Positions 7,047 through 16,557 of a stretch of 32,000 nucleotides of DNA are shown piece by piece. The notes below the pieces were generated by a model. The model made no database searches, was not told where the DNA came from, and was given only the letters and a program-made list of their open reading frames with translations. The number at the start of each line of letters is the position of its first letter. Positions within the stretch are counted from its first letter, which is position 1. The DNA is from Aeropyrum pernix K1 (GTDB taxonomy: Archaea > Thermoproteota > Thermoprotei_A > Sulfolobales > Acidilobaceae): the NCBI RefSeq assembly GCF_000011125.1, contig NC_000854.2, positions 240,001 through 272,000 of the forward strand, in the 5' to 3' direction. The translations under genes were made by a program, and so were the position numbers.

Positions 7047-9296
7047 TTAGCTCCTAGGCTCCGCTATGAGGATCATATACTCTCCCAGAGCCCTAATATT
7101 CACCAAAACCCCATCTCCATCCACGACATAGTCAAGGCTCTTGCCAGTGAGAGCGTCGTAGACGTTCAGCCTCTCTCCATCCGGCCTTGGTAGGCGAACC
7201 TTGAAAGGCCCCACGGGCACAAGGACCCTGGGGGGGTGTACGTTATAGCTTGGATGGTACGCCGGGAGGGACTGCTTGCTGGGCCCGGTTATTGTTGATA
7301 GTATCCTCTCGTTGAAAGTAAGGTTAACCAGATGGGCTCCCACCGTGTCCCCCTTCCTGAAGAACTCTGTCTGCACAGTGTCGGGCGCGTCGCTCCAGGC
7401 GTCCGGAGGAGGGGCCTCCTTCTTTAGGGGCCTTAGCAGGAGTTCCGCGTAGTCGGGGTGGCCTAGCCTGGAGTAGTGGGCCCCGAGCCTGACAGAGTAG
7501 TAGAGAGTCTTGCCAGATCCCCTCCCACCGAGGGTTATGGCGGCCATGTTAAGCTTCGAGTCGGGGGCTGGTGTGCTCCTTCCAAGCGTGTACTCGTAGC
7601 CGTAAGCGCTCCTCCCCAGCCTGCCCCAGGCTAGGACTCTAGCCCCCTCCACAGGTCTTGCCCTAACAAGCTCCCCTAGCCGCGGCTCGGTTCTTTCTCG
7701 GGTGAACGTTGTTGAGAAGTCTCCTAAAACAACGGCTTTTGGCAGGCCGTCCCAGTATTCGCTATAAGCCTCCTCAAGGTCTACGAACACGTAACCAAAG
7801 TAGAATACGCCCTCGTACCTAACCTTAAGCGTCTCCTCCATAGCTAGTGAGTGTCTGTAGGTGAAATCCGGGTACATCCTGCCGAGGCTGTGGGTAACTA
7901 CTAGGAAGCCTCCCCGCTCCACATAGTCTTCTAGAGCAGCCTCCTCTTCATCGCTAAGCACGTCTGTCTCAGCCGCGACCAGGACCTTGTACCTCCCAGC
8001 CTTGTGAATATCCTTCATGCTCAGGAACTCGTAGGGTAAGTGCCTGTGGAACGCGATCATCGCCATACCTTCAATCTCAGAGGTGTAGTAGTGGGGAGCG
8101 TTCCAGTAGACTTTCTCGTGGGTTTCACTGCTGTACAGTATGCCCATATACCTTATCGGCTCTGACCCCACTATCTTGTCCTCCACCCTCTCCAACTCCT
8201 CGTAAACCTCAGCCAAGGCATCTATGGCCCGGCTGTCCTCAAAATACTGGCTGGAGAAGATTGTTGCCATGGGGTGGCCACCCGAGGCCACTATGCTTCT
8301 TATACCCTGTTTCACGGCCAGGGGGGTGGCGCTCTGGACGGTTCTCAGGTTATAGAAGAGGTTCCTGCTGACCAGAACAGGCTTGCCCTCACCTACAGCC
8401 GCCTGGCTCAGCTTAGTCACCATCGGCAGCATCATGACGGTGAGGACGTCTGTCTCGCTGGCCTCCGCGAAGACAGCGTCTAGATAATCTCTAGCCCTCT
8501 CAGCTACTATAGTCCCCCTGCCAGCCCAGCCGACAGGGTGGCTATTGTAGAAGAACATAGCATCCTCCTTAGTTCCCTTAACCGTGTCCCTAAGCCTCCT
8601 GATGCTGTCGACTATGACATGGTACCTCCACTCCCAGGCCTCCCTGAACGCCTCATCCTCCATATCATCAACGCTCGGCAGGTCGAGGCCCCTTTCAAGC
8701 CTAAACCTGAGACGACAGTATCTGCAGTAGCACGCCCTCTGAGGGTCAGGGAGGTATCTGAAGCTATCTAGGAGAACGCCGTCCGCATCCGTAGCCTTCA
8801 GCGCCTCCTCGGCCTCCGGTATGAAGTAGCTTTCCATCGCAGGGCTGTTAATACATATCTGGGGCCACTGGGGGTCCCTAACCTTCTCCTTCACCGGGTA
8901 GTGCTCGAGGACTATAACCTCGCCGCTGCGCGTCCTCTGGGCCCATCCCGGGTGCCGCCTATATATATACCTGTTGGCAGTATGATCCGTCATTATGACA
9001 ACCCTAAGCCCCTCTCTCTTGGCAGCCTTAACCAGCTCGGCAACATCCAGCCTGGCCCTGCGATGGCGGGGGTAGAGCCTGCTACCACGGTAGAATACAC
9101 GCCCCCACGCGTCCCTAGCGAAGACTACGAGGGTGTTGGCGCGAGCCTTCTTGGCGAGGCTCACGAGATCCTCTGCGGAGATAGCGTCTGCATAGAAACC
9201 GTAGGGGTCCTCTATGTTAAACTGTATAACCCTAAGGAGGCCGCGGTTCCACCAGGCGGTAGACATAGAGTTTGCACACCCTTCAGGCGGCTGCAC
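7047..9296 (-). CDS. putative glycoside hydrolase: TIM-barrel domain (GHL6/alpha-fucosidase-like) plus a beta-galactosidase-trimerisation-like domain
   Basis: 749 aa. Segments VVIMTDHTANRYIYRRHPGWAQR, INSPAMESYFIPEAEEAL, ATDADGVLLDSFRY and CYCRYC, followed by a GATase-like/trimerisation-like region (MGILYSSETHEKVYW, LVAAETDVLSDEEEAALEDYVERGGFLVVTHSLGRM). Only 1 nt separates it from the downstream GH130-type gene on the same strand. Confidence 0.6.
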   Translation of the reverse strand: MQPPEGCANSMSTAWWNRGLLRVIQFNIEDPYGFYADAISAEDLVSLAKKARANTLVVFARDAWGRVFYRGSRLYPRHRRARLDVAELVKAAKREGLRVVIMTDHTANRYIYRRHPGWAQRTRSGEVIVLEHYPVKEKVRDPQWPQICINSPAMESYFIPEAEEALKATDADGVLLDSFRYLPDPQRACYCRYCRLRFRLERGLDLPSVDDMEDEAFREAWEWRYHVIVDSIRRLRDTVKGTKEDAMFFYNSHPVGWAGRGTIVAERARDYLDAVFAEASETDVLTVMMLPMVTKLSQAAVGEGKPVLVSRNLFYNLRTVQSATPLAVKQGIRSIVASGGHPMATIFSSQYFEDSRAIDALAEVYEELERVEDKIVGSEPIRYMGILYSSETHEKVYWNAPHYYTSEIEGMAMIAFHRHLPYEFLSMKDIHKAGRYKVLVAAETDVLSDEEEAALEDYVERGGFLVVTHSLGRMYPDFTYRHSLAMEETLKVRYEGVFYFGYVFVDLEEAYSEYWDGLPKAVVLGDFSTTFTRERTEPRLGELVRARPVEGARVLAWGRLGRSAYGYEYTLGRSTPAPDSKLNMAAITLGGRGSGKTLYYSVRLGAHYSRLGHPDYAELLLRPLKKEAPPPDAWSDAPDTVQTEFFRKGDTVGAHLVNLTFNERILSTITGPSKQSLPAYHPSYNVHPPRVLVPVGPFKVRLPRPDGERLNVYDALTGKSLDYVVDGDGVLVNIRALGEYMILIAEPRS

Positions 9297-9450
9297 CCAT
9301 ATTTTCTAACAGGAACTTTTATTCTTTTGAGATATTGCGTGTTCCACCTTCCACGGCGTCTTTAACCCCTTATTAACCGGGTGGATAATAGAGTATTACA
9401 CCCGTAATACCATCCATAACCGGCTCCTGGGCGATGGCTGTTATGGCCAT

Positions 9451-10518
9451 CTATCCTACACGCCCCCTCATCAGCATTTCGAGAAACCGCCTCGGTGGCT
9501 CTAAAGCGGTTTCACCCGAGTCGATAGACCTTATCAGCCGCCTCCTCCACTCCGCCCTCCTCAGAGCCTGCTCCTCAGGCTCCCAACCCCGGGGTGCATT
9601 TATCTCGAGAGGGCGCCCGGAGCTATCGAGGCTTATGTAGGTGAGGTAGGCCTCGCTGGTCAGTCTGGCCTCCCCGCCCCCCATAAACCCTGAGGCGGAT
9701 CTTATGAGGACCTCCACACTACTCCTCCCCACGTAGGAGGTGCGGGCCCACATCCTGAGGACCTCGCCCACCCTCATAGGGGCTACGAAGTCCGCCGGGC
9801 CTACAAACCCCGTCACTACAATGCCAGCAGAACTTCGCAGTGCCGCTACGGCCCCGAGCTCGTCAACTATATAGAGCATGGCTCCTGCATGCATAACGTC
9901 ATAGGCTACAGAGTCGATAGGGTTCACAATCCTGTAGGACTCAACCTCAAAGGGCTCGGTCCCCGACTCCCTCAGGCTATACACAGTCTGCCTTAACAGT
10001 TCCCTACCCCTGAGCCTCTCCACCCTGGCCTCCCTCATCTTCATGCTTGCCTCCAACAACCTCTCCTCCTCCCTGTCGACAGCCTCTATACACGACCCGT
10101 GTGGATGGGGTCTGAGAACCCCCTCATGAGGCTTCACGTTGACGAAGGTCATGTGAGCAGCGCTCACACGCTCCAGCCCCTGACCCCCAGGCCTGCCGAG
10201 GGAGTACGCCGCGAGACCCACCTCCACGCTACTCCTCCCAGCGTATGGCGACCATGCGAAGACGGCTATCGTCTCCCCCACACCAACCGGCTTGCCGAGA
10301 TAGATGAAGTCTATGCCCGCTAGAAGAGGATAACCGACGACCACCTTAGAAGCGGCCAGAGTACCGGCGTCCACAAGCCACCTGATCATATTGCCTCCGT
10401 GAAGTATGCCCAGAGGGTTAGCGTGGCTCTGCATTACTATGTGGAGCGTGTTCACAACAGTATCACTAACGTTGAAGATCCTCGAGCAGTTGTCGCCCAA
10501 AATAGCTGCACCCTCCAA
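9451..10518 (-). CDS. tandem hotdog-fold acyl-CoA thioesterase
   Basis: Two repeated hotdog domains: HANPLGILHGGNMIRWLVDAGTLAA and AYDVMHAGAMLYIVDELGAVAAL, each followed by a VGRSSVEV-type strand. The track start is 10548; TTG at 10518 is preferred because a TATA-like ATTTATA box sits at 10553-10559. Confidence 0.85.
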   Translation of the reverse strand: MEGAAILGDNCSRIFNVSDTVVNTLHIVMQSHANPLGILHGGNMIRWLVDAGTLAASKVVVGYPLLAGIDFIYLGKPVGVGETIAVFAWSPYAGRSSVEVGLAAYSLGRPGGQGLERVSAAHMTFVNVKPHEGVLRPHPHGSCIEAVDREEERLLEASMKMREARVERLRGRELLRQTVYSLRESGTEPFEVESYRIVNPIDSVAYDVMHAGAMLYIVDELGAVAALRSSAGIVVTGFVGPADFVAPMRVGEVLRMWARTSYVGRSSVEVLIRSASGFMGGGEARLTSEAYLTYISLDSSGRPLEINAPRGWEPEEQALRRAEWRRRLIRSIDSGETALEPPRRFLEMLMRGRVG

Positions 10519-10615
10519 GGAACGATGGGGTGGGTATAGATTAAACATGGAGTATAAATCTGGGATAATGCTGTGGAGCCGCTGCTAGTGAAGGGTTGGG
10601 GAGGGGCATGAATAT

Positions 10616-11092
10616 CTAGCTCTCCTCCGCCTCCTCCCGTGTAGCCCTGGTTACTATAACCTCGCCGCCAGCCTCCTCAATTTTCTTTATAGCCAGTTCG
10701 GAGGCCAGGGGGGTTATTACCTTCAGCGGCCTAGCTACCCTCCCCTCGCCGAGAAGCTTGTGGATACCCAGCTTCTCAAGGTTTACAACTATCTTTCCGT
10801 CCTCCTTCTCGGCCTTTCCCTGGGCCTCGAGGAGCGCCGCTATCTCGTCCAGCTGGCCGACGTTGATAGTTGTCACCTCAAGCCCGGCCCTTATCCTGGG
10901 CGGGTTGAACCCCTTCTTACCGTACCACGTTGGAGCATACTTTATAGTCCACGTCCACTCGTGCTTGCCAAGACCTGCTGCACCGTAGCCGCCTTTCGAC
11001 CCGCTCTTCCTGTGCTGCCCTATCCTACCCCAGCTCATGGTCCTCGTCCTACCCCTGAGCTTTCTAGACTTCTTTCTCCTCCTAACGACCAT
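10616..11092 (-). CDS. rpl15: 50S ribosomal protein L15
   Basis: N-terminus [40 protein letters not shown]; C-terminal [12 protein letters not shown]; position at the end of the spc-type gene order. Confidence 0.96.
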   Translation of the reverse strand: MVVRRRKKSRKLRGRTRTMSWGRIGQHRKSGSKGGYGAAGLGKHEWTWTIKYAPTWYGKKGFNPPRIRAGLEVTTINVGQLDEIAALLEAQGKAEKEDGKIVVNLEKLGIHKLLGEGRVARPLKVITPLASELAIKKIEEAGGEVIVTRATREEAEES

Positions 11093-11105
11093 CCTTGCCC
11101 ACCCC

Positions 11106-11585
11106 CTAGAGCATCTTAAGTATAAGCTCGTTTATCGCGGAACCCCTGTAGCCCAGCTCTCCCCCGTCTCTGAACATCCTCTTTATAGATTTCTTGAAGC
11201 CGCCACGCGGGGGGTGTAGCCTGAAGAAGGGTTTTACACCCTTCTCCTCGAGCCTGTGGTAGTGTAACTCGCCCGAAACAAGCTTCTCCGCAAGCTCGCC
11301 TAGACCGCTCAGTCCAAGGTTCTCTTCCACCCACTTGTCTGTGAGGGGCTTGTCGCCGACTATCCTCCCCCTCTTTCTGAGGAGTTCCTCTAACACTCTC
11401 TCCTCTATCTCGCCGTATGTAGTCCAGGCCTCAACAGTCCTCAGCATATCCCTGAGGCCTGGAAGACTATCGTGGTATATGGAGGCTGTATACCTCCTCC
11501 TAAGCCTTAACAGGTATAGGGTCTTGTCTATGTCGGGCGGGACGTCCACCGTGCCTCTGATCCGTATCACAGCATAGAGAGGCAT
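11106..11585 (-). CDS. rpl30: 50S ribosomal protein L30
   Basis: [39 protein letters not shown] and LRPPRGGFK-like motif ([13 protein letters not shown]). The track start is 11594; internal ATG at 11585 (MPLYAV) is more likely. Confidence 0.95.
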   Translation of the reverse strand: MPLYAVIRIRGTVDVPPDIDKTLYLLRLRRRYTASIYHDSLPGLRDMLRTVEAWTTYGEIEERVLEELLRKRGRIVGDKPLTDKWVEENLGLSGLGELAEKLVSGELHYHRLEEKGVKPFFRLHPPRGGFKKSIKRMFRDGGELGYRGSAINELILKML

Positions 11586-11630
11586 AACACACACCCCGCT
11601 CCACTACTACCCCGGTCTTATGGGCACCCT

Positions 11631-12287
11631 TTAGAGCCTGAGCCTTGCTTCGGCCCAGTCGGCTGGCGTGACGAAGCGGTAGGTGTTCCTAAGCGCAAGG
11701 TAGGTGGCCCTGGCGAAGTTGTAGCTGGTCCTCGTCTCACCCTTTGTGAAGGTCCAGACGTCGCTTATACCGGCCAGCCTAAGGACAACTTTCGCCACGT
11801 CCCCTGCAACCAGCCCGGTTCCCTTTGGAGCGGGCTTCAGTATAACCTCTACGCTGCCGCTCTTCCCCCTCACAGTAAAGGGAACGCTGTGGGCTTCGCC
11901 GCATGTGCACTCCCAGCTGCCGCAGCCCCTCCGGACAGGTATTATGTTGAGTTTGGCATTCCGTATGGCCTTCTCTATTGCAAATCTGAACTGCCTAGCC
12001 TTCCCCTTGCCCAGGCCTACGTAACCGTCCTTGTTGCCCACCACCACCACGGCCCTGAATCTGGTTATTCTTCCTGCGTCCGTCATCTTCTGAACTATAC
12101 TCACATCTATAACCTCGTGGTCGAGCCCGGGTAGAAGGTAGTCTACTATCTCCGTCTCTAGTATCGGCAGGTTCCTCCTGAATATCTCGTCGATACTCTT
12201 TATCTTACCCTCCTTAACGAGCCTGCCGACCCTAGTCCTCGGCTGCCAAGCCTCCAGGTCTACCTGCCCGGCCTCTCTCTGCGACAC
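11631..12287 (-). CDS. rps5: 30S ribosomal protein S5
   Basis: [68 protein letters not shown]. Confidence 0.98.
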   Translation of the reverse strand: MSQREAGQVDLEAWQPRTRVGRLVKEGKIKSIDEIFRRNLPILETEIVDYLLPGLDHEVIDVSIVQKMTDAGRITRFRAVVVVGNKDGYVGLGKGKARQFRFAIEKAIRNAKLNIIPVRRGCGSWECTCGEAHSVPFTVRGKSGSVEVILKPAPKGTGLVAGDVAKVVLRLAGISDVWTFTKGETRTSYNFARATYLALRNTYRFVTPADWAEARLRL

Positions 12288-12315
12288 TTCAAACCCCCCA
12301 CACTATGTTATAGGC

Positions 12316-12960
12316 TCAGGCTTTAACCTCTACCTCTTCACCCTCGGCTGCCGTCTCCTCTGCGACGTGCTTGTAAGCCTCCTCTATAGCTTTCTTTACC
12401 TCTTCTACATGGCCCGGCAGCTCCTCCGGGTTAAGGCCGCGGTCTAGGTATCTGGAGAACTGGCGCTGGTACAGCTCAGCATTCTCCTCCTTCAGAGCCT
12501 CAGCCCACTGGGCTATATGCTCGCACCTAACCCTCTCATCGCCAGGAAGTATCTCCTCGGAGTGGGGTATCTCGACGCCAGCGTCCAGAGCGCCCTTTAA
12601 TGCGGCGAATACTCGAGAGCCTTTAACAGGCTTGTGAAGCCCCACATCTAGCACAGCTTCCCTGACACCCTTCTCCAGCGCCCTCAGCCCGGCCAGGTAT
12701 CCTGTCAGGTAGGCTGCGCATGTGTTGTTACCATCTCCCTTCCACCCGAACTTCTTTATCAGCTCCCTGCTGTGAGCAGCTGCTATCACCCTGTCACCCT
12801 CTATCCTGGCCTCGAGGAACTGGACCCACAGGTACTCGTTGGATATCCTCACAGCCATCCTGGGCTTTCCGGATTTGACTAGCCTGAACCTCCTGTAGTA
12901 GTTAGTCTTACCTTCTCTCCTCCTTCTGAGCGGCACCCTGTACCTCGGCCCTCTGCCCAT
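12316..12960 (-). CDS. rpl18: 50S ribosomal protein L18
   Basis: [47 protein letters not shown]; [30 protein letters not shown]. Confidence 0.98.
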   Translation of the reverse strand: MGRGPRYRVPLRRRREGKTNYYRRFRLVKSGKPRMAVRISNEYLWVQFLEARIEGDRVIAAAHSRELIKKFGWKGDGNNTCAAYLTGYLAGLRALEKGVREAVLDVGLHKPVKGSRVFAALKGALDAGVEIPHSEEILPGDERVRCEHIAQWAEALKEENAELYQRQFSRYLDRGLNPEELPGHVEEVKKAIEEAYKHVAEETAAEGEEVEVKA

Positions 12961-12980
12961 CTACGGCCACCTCCTGTTAT

Positions 12981-13448
12981 TCACCTTATCTTCTCCTCTG
13001 GCACTAGCCCCCTGTCAGCCATGTACCTCTTCAGGCTTGCGAGGTCTCTGAAGGTGCCACCCTTGGCAAGCATGTAGAGCCTCCTATACGTCTTCCTGTC
13101 TATAACCTGCTTGTCCCTCAGGTACCTCAGGTACCTTCTTATCTTCCTAATCCTATGCATCCATCTCTCCTTCGGGTCTAGCCTGGCGGTTGCTACTCCC
13201 TTTCTCCTGCCCATTCCACGCCTCCTACCTTTCCTTCTCTGAAGGTGCCTAACCTTGCTGGCGTGGCCTGCGTTCCCCTTCTCAGGTAGAACCTTTATCA
13301 CACCCCTCTTTATCAGAGCCCGCACGTCCGCCTTGGTTACGGCCCCTTCTATCTCCTCTCTGAGTTCTGGATCGGGGCTTATCCAGATTCTAGACTCCCC
13401 TACACCTAGAATCTCGGCTGCGAGCCTCCTCTGGAATCTATAGTCCAT
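12981..13448 (-). CDS. rpl19e: 50S ribosomal protein L19e
   Basis: QRRLAAEILGVGESRIWISPD, RALIKRGVIKVLPEKG, RRKGRRRGMGRRKGVATARLDPKERWMHRIRKIRRYLRYLRD. Confidence 0.98.
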   Translation of the reverse strand: MDYRFQRRLAAEILGVGESRIWISPDPELREEIEGAVTKADVRALIKRGVIKVLPEKGNAGHASKVRHLQRRKGRRRGMGRRKGVATARLDPKERWMHRIRKIRRYLRYLRDKQVIDRKTYRRLYMLAKGGTFRDLASLKRYMADRGLVPEEKIR

Positions 13449-13468
13449 GCCCGTTCACCCTTCCAAGC

Positions 13469-13906
13469 CTAGTTAGCTACCCTGAACCCCCTCTCGAGGG
13501 CTGCCCTCCTGATCTCCTGCTTCTTACGTAGGCCCACGCCGGAGGCAATATATACTATATGCCTCTCTGGGCTTAGCCTCTCGAGATCCTTTGCGGAAGA
13601 AACAATAACAGGCTCCAGACCGCTCGGGTGCATACCCCTTATAGCCTTGGGGGTTCTGTATCCGACCTTCACTATAGGGGGGTATCCTTTGAGCTGGAGC
13701 CTCATCTTGTTGTCGTTACCCTTGGGCTTCCTCCAGTAATCCCTCCTCTCGAACTTCCAGAACCTCCAGCTGAGGTAGCGTAGGAACCTGTGTCTGCTTT
13801 TAGACGCTATCAGTCTCCTCAGCCTCTCCCTAGCCCTCCTAGCCGCCAATACATTCCTCCTCGCGGCAAAAGCCTCCTCAAGACTCTGGGGCTCCCCACC
13901 GGCCAT
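13469..13906 (-). CDS. rpl32e: 50S ribosomal protein L32e
   Basis: RFLRYLSWRFWKFERRDYWRKPKGNDNKMRLQLKGYPPIVKVGYRTPKAIRGMHPSG. Confidence 0.96.
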   Translation of the reverse strand: MAGGEPQSLEEAFAARRNVLAARRARERLRRLIASKSRHRFLRYLSWRFWKFERRDYWRKPKGNDNKMRLQLKGYPPIVKVGYRTPKAIRGMHPSGLEPVIVSSAKDLERLSPERHIVYIASGVGLRKKQEIRRAALERGFRVAN

Positions 13907-14454
13907 CAGGCTATCACCTCCCTCTCGTAGATGTAAATACCGTCCATAAACTTCCTCCTATCCTTATCCTTAACTTTCGTCGCTAACTCTATGTTGGCCG
14001 CTGTCTGGGCAACCTTCTCCACGTCGATTCCCTCCACGATAACGTCGCTACCCTTGACCTGCACTTTCACTCCAGGCATTATCCTAGCTATTCTCAGCCC
14101 TTTCTCTCCAAGGAAGTTGGATATTATGAATTTGTCGCCCTCAACCTTTACGTTTATGGGGAAGTGGCTATACATTATCTTGAGCTTGTAGCGGAAGCCG
14201 CCCTGAACACCCTTTATCATGTTCCTTATGTGGCCTGCTATAGCGCCCACCAAAGCCCTTTGCCTAGCCTTGGCGAAGAAGCTCTCGACAACAACGCTAT
14301 TATCCTCCAGCCTGATGAGCACGCCTCTAGCGTGGCTGAAGTCACGCTCAACCTCGCCCTTGGGTCCAGATACCTTGACTCTCATGCCGTCTATAGACAC
14401 TGTTACCCCTTCAGGCACCTCCACTCTCTCCACTACGTGCACGTCCTTAGCCAT
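13906..14454 (-). CDS. rpl6: 50S ribosomal protein L6
   Basis: VEVPEGVTVSIDGMRVKVSGPKGEVERDFSHA; GAIAGHIRNMIKGVQGGFRYKLKIMYSHFPINV. Confidence 0.98.
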   Translation of the reverse strand: MAKDVHVVERVEVPEGVTVSIDGMRVKVSGPKGEVERDFSHARGVLIRLEDNSVVVESFFAKARQRALVGAIAGHIRNMIKGVQGGFRYKLKIMYSHFPINVKVEGDKFIISNFLGEKGLRIARIMPGVKVQVKGSDVIVEGIDVEKVAQTAANIELATKVKDKDRRKFMDGIYIYEREVIA

Positions 14455-14467
14455 ACTCCTATACCCC

Positions 14468-14508
14468 CAACCCCTCTGTGGGTTGAGTAGCCACGAGCTA
14501 ATATAGTG
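14468..14508 (-). promoter_or_regulatory. putative internal promoter and small hairpin upstream of rpl6
   Basis: Minus-strand TATA-like cactatattagc (14497-14508) lies about 45-55 nt upstream of the rpl6 ATG. Perfect 6-bp inverted repeat caaccc-ctctgt-gggttg at 14468-14485. Sits in the longest gap of the ribosomal cluster. Confidence 0.4.
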
Positions 14509-14574
14509 TGCGGAATTAGGAAAACTGCGGGTTCGCCTTGCAAAATGGGGGTCCAGGAGAGGAGGGAGTGGAGT

Positions 14575-14976
14575 TTAGTAGACGTATGCTATTACTATGC
14601 CGCCTATCTTCCTCTTCAGCGCTTCCCTATGAGTCATAACCCCCTGGGGTGTTGAGAGTATCAGGAGCCCCACATCCCGGCTTGCCAGGTATTTCCTAAG
14701 GTGCTCCGGCATCTTGGCCAGCTCTCTGTAGCTCACCGGGGTTCTGGGCTTCACGACGCCTATGTCGTTAATCCTGCCCAGCAGCTTGACCCTGAACTTG
14801 CCCCACCTCCCGTCGTCTATGTACTCGAAACCTCCTATGTAGCCCTCCTTCTCAAGAATCCTGAGGACGTTGGCTATCAGCTTGCTCGAAGGCATGATTA
14901 TTGCTTCGCCCTTGCCCCTCATCTCTGCATTCTTTATAGCCGCCATCGCGTTTGCGAGCGTGTCAAGCATCACCAT
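14575..14976 (-). CDS. rps8: 30S ribosomal protein S8
   Basis: MLDTLANAMAAIKNAEMRGKGEAIIMPSSKLIANVLRILEKEGYIGGFEYIDDGR. The track start is 14982; ATG at 14976 is equally possible. Confidence 0.97.
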   Translation of the reverse strand: MVMLDTLANAMAAIKNAEMRGKGEAIIMPSSKLIANVLRILEKEGYIGGFEYIDDGRWGKFRVKLLGRINDIGVVKPRTPVSYRELAKMPEHLRKYLASRDVGLLILSTPQGVMTHREALKRKIGGIVIAYVY

Positions 14977-14992
14977 AGCCATCCACCCCCAG

Positions 14993-15157
14993 CTACCTGT
15001 TCTTCCTGAACCCGAGAGTAGGGGCTATTTCCCTGAAGCACTGGCGGCACAGATAGAGGCCGTACTTCTGTATGACGGCATCCCTAGTCCCGCACCTCTG
15101 ACATCTCTGGGCACCGCGCCCCATCCTCTTGGGTTTTGGAGGCCTTATTTTAGCCAC
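14993..15157 (-). CDS. rps14: 30S ribosomal protein S14 (zinc-binding form)
   Basis: Manual translation from GTG at 15157: (M)AKIRPPKPKRMGRGAQRCQRCGTRDAVIQKYGLYLCRQCFREIAPTLGFRKNR*. Two CxxC pairs; lies between rpl5 and rps8 as expected. Not in the supplied track (54 aa, below the apparent length cutoff). Confidence 0.96.
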   Translation of the reverse strand: MAKIRPPKPKRMGRGAQRCQRCGTRDAVIQKYGLYLCRQCFREIAPTLGFRKNR

Positions 15158-15177
15158 ACCACGCCACCCCCGTAAGG

Positions 15178-15762
15178 CTAGACAAAAGTGACGCCGAATA
15201 GCTGGTTCAGAAGCACCATAGTCTCCTCCCTCGTGACTCTATGCCTCCTCGGTATATGACCCCTCCTCTGGCGCCTCCTCTCTACAATCCTATGGCCAGG
15301 CCTCTGTATGGTTATGGCGACGTCCATGCCAAGTATACCCACTCTAGGGTCGTACTTCACCCCAGGTATTAGAATGTGCTCCTCTATCCCGAAGGAGACG
15401 TTGCCGTGCTCGTCAATACTGCTCGTCTTTATCCTATGGCCGACGGCATCCAATGCCCTCTTAAGAAAGTTTAAAGCCTTCTCGCCGCGGAGCGTTACCA
15501 TGACAGCTATGTTCTCACCCTTCCTGACGCCGAACGCCCTTATAGTCCTCTTGGCCTTCCGGAAAACCGGCTTCTGGCCCGTCAGCTCCTCCAGGACCTC
15601 AGCCGCCCTCTGGAGCCTCTCACCGCTCTGGCCTATGCTTATGTTAACCGTCACCTTCACAATCCTAGGCCTCCTCATAGGGCTCCTCTTCCACTCGTCA
15701 AGTATCTCGCTAACCCGCTCCGGAGGTATTGGGAGACTCTGTGCCTTGGCGCTCACTTCCAC
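15178..15762 (-). CDS. rpl5: 50S ribosomal protein L5
   Basis: RPRIVKVTVNISIGQSGERLQRAAEVLEELTGQKPVFRKAKRTIRAFGVRKGENIAVMVTLRGEKA; YDPRVGILGMDVAI. Confidence 0.98.
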   Translation of the reverse strand: MEVSAKAQSLPIPPERVSEILDEWKRSPMRRPRIVKVTVNISIGQSGERLQRAAEVLEELTGQKPVFRKAKRTIRAFGVRKGENIAVMVTLRGEKALNFLKRALDAVGHRIKTSSIDEHGNVSFGIEEHILIPGVKYDPRVGILGMDVAITIQRPGHRIVERRRQRRGHIPRRHRVTREETMVLLNQLFGVTFV

Positions 15763-16526
15763 GCACCCTCCGGTAGCGATATTACGGGCCTGTCGAGGCC
15801 TATAACGAAGACGTAGTCCAGGGAAGTCTGGAAGAGGTTGCCGCTGGCATCCTCGAGTGTGACCAACGTCCTCTTCCTACCCCAGCCCTTCTGCACGCTC
15901 TTCACAACGCCCACGCGTCCGACGTTCCGGCCCCCGACAATAATCGCTATGGCTCCCTCCCCGAATTTTATGTGGCCCTTTATCTCCTGGCCGGGGACCG
16001 TTATTAGGAGAGTGTCCATTGTCCTATACACATCCTCCACGGGATTCCTCGGGTCCTTAACCCTAACTAGAATGTTCCTGCCGTCGTGTAGGTTAAGCTG
16101 CACATGCCCTCCCTTCACTGTTGTCTTGTTCTCAATCCTAACGGGCTTCAGATCTCCCTCCTCCTCCGGTATAGGGTGCAGCTTGAAGAACTTGACGGGG
16201 TACGGTAGCATCCTGAACTTTTCGCCGGTGTCCACAACCTCTATAACGTCCATGAAGCCGACGGGGAACTTGTAATCCTTCCTTACAACACCGTCGACCC
16301 TGAAGTGGCCCTCGGAGATAAGCTTCCTAGCCTCCCTCGCGGTCTGGGCATAGCCGAGGACGTTCCTCACTATTAACAGCAGGGGGAGGCTCTTCTCTGC
16401 TGGATGAGGGCCGGGCCTCGGCTTGACAGCCCACTTGTACTCCTTACGGAGTATAGGCCAGAACCGGGGTGCTGCAAGGGCTTTAAGCCTCCGCTGCCCT
16501 CCCATCCTAGCCATTCCTCGTAACAC
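15753..16526 (-). CDS. rps4e: 30S ribosomal protein S4e
   Basis: RMGGQRRLKALAAPRFWPILRKEYKWAVKPRPGPHPAEKSLPLLLIVRNVL; KGWGRKRTLVTLEDASGNLFQTSLDYVFVIG. Confidence 0.98.
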   Translation of the reverse strand: MLRGMARMGGQRRLKALAAPRFWPILRKEYKWAVKPRPGPHPAEKSLPLLLIVRNVLGYAQTAREARKLISEGHFRVDGVVRKDYKFPVGFMDVIEVVDTGEKFRMLPYPVKFFKLHPIPEEEGDLKPVRIENKTTVKGGHVQLNLHDGRNILVRVKDPRNPVEDVYRTMDTLLITVPGQEIKGHIKFGEGAIAIIVGGRNVGRVGVVKSVQKGWGRKRTLVTLEDASGNLFQTSLDYVFVIGLDRPVISLPEGAWK

Positions 16527-16557
16527 CCCAGCACTCTACAGCTCTGCATCCAGGCTA

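Noticed and set aside
15308-16275. Plus-strand ORFs of 165 and 145 aa opposite rpl5 and rps4e
   Set aside because: Fully antisense to conserved ribosomal genes with no recognisable domains.
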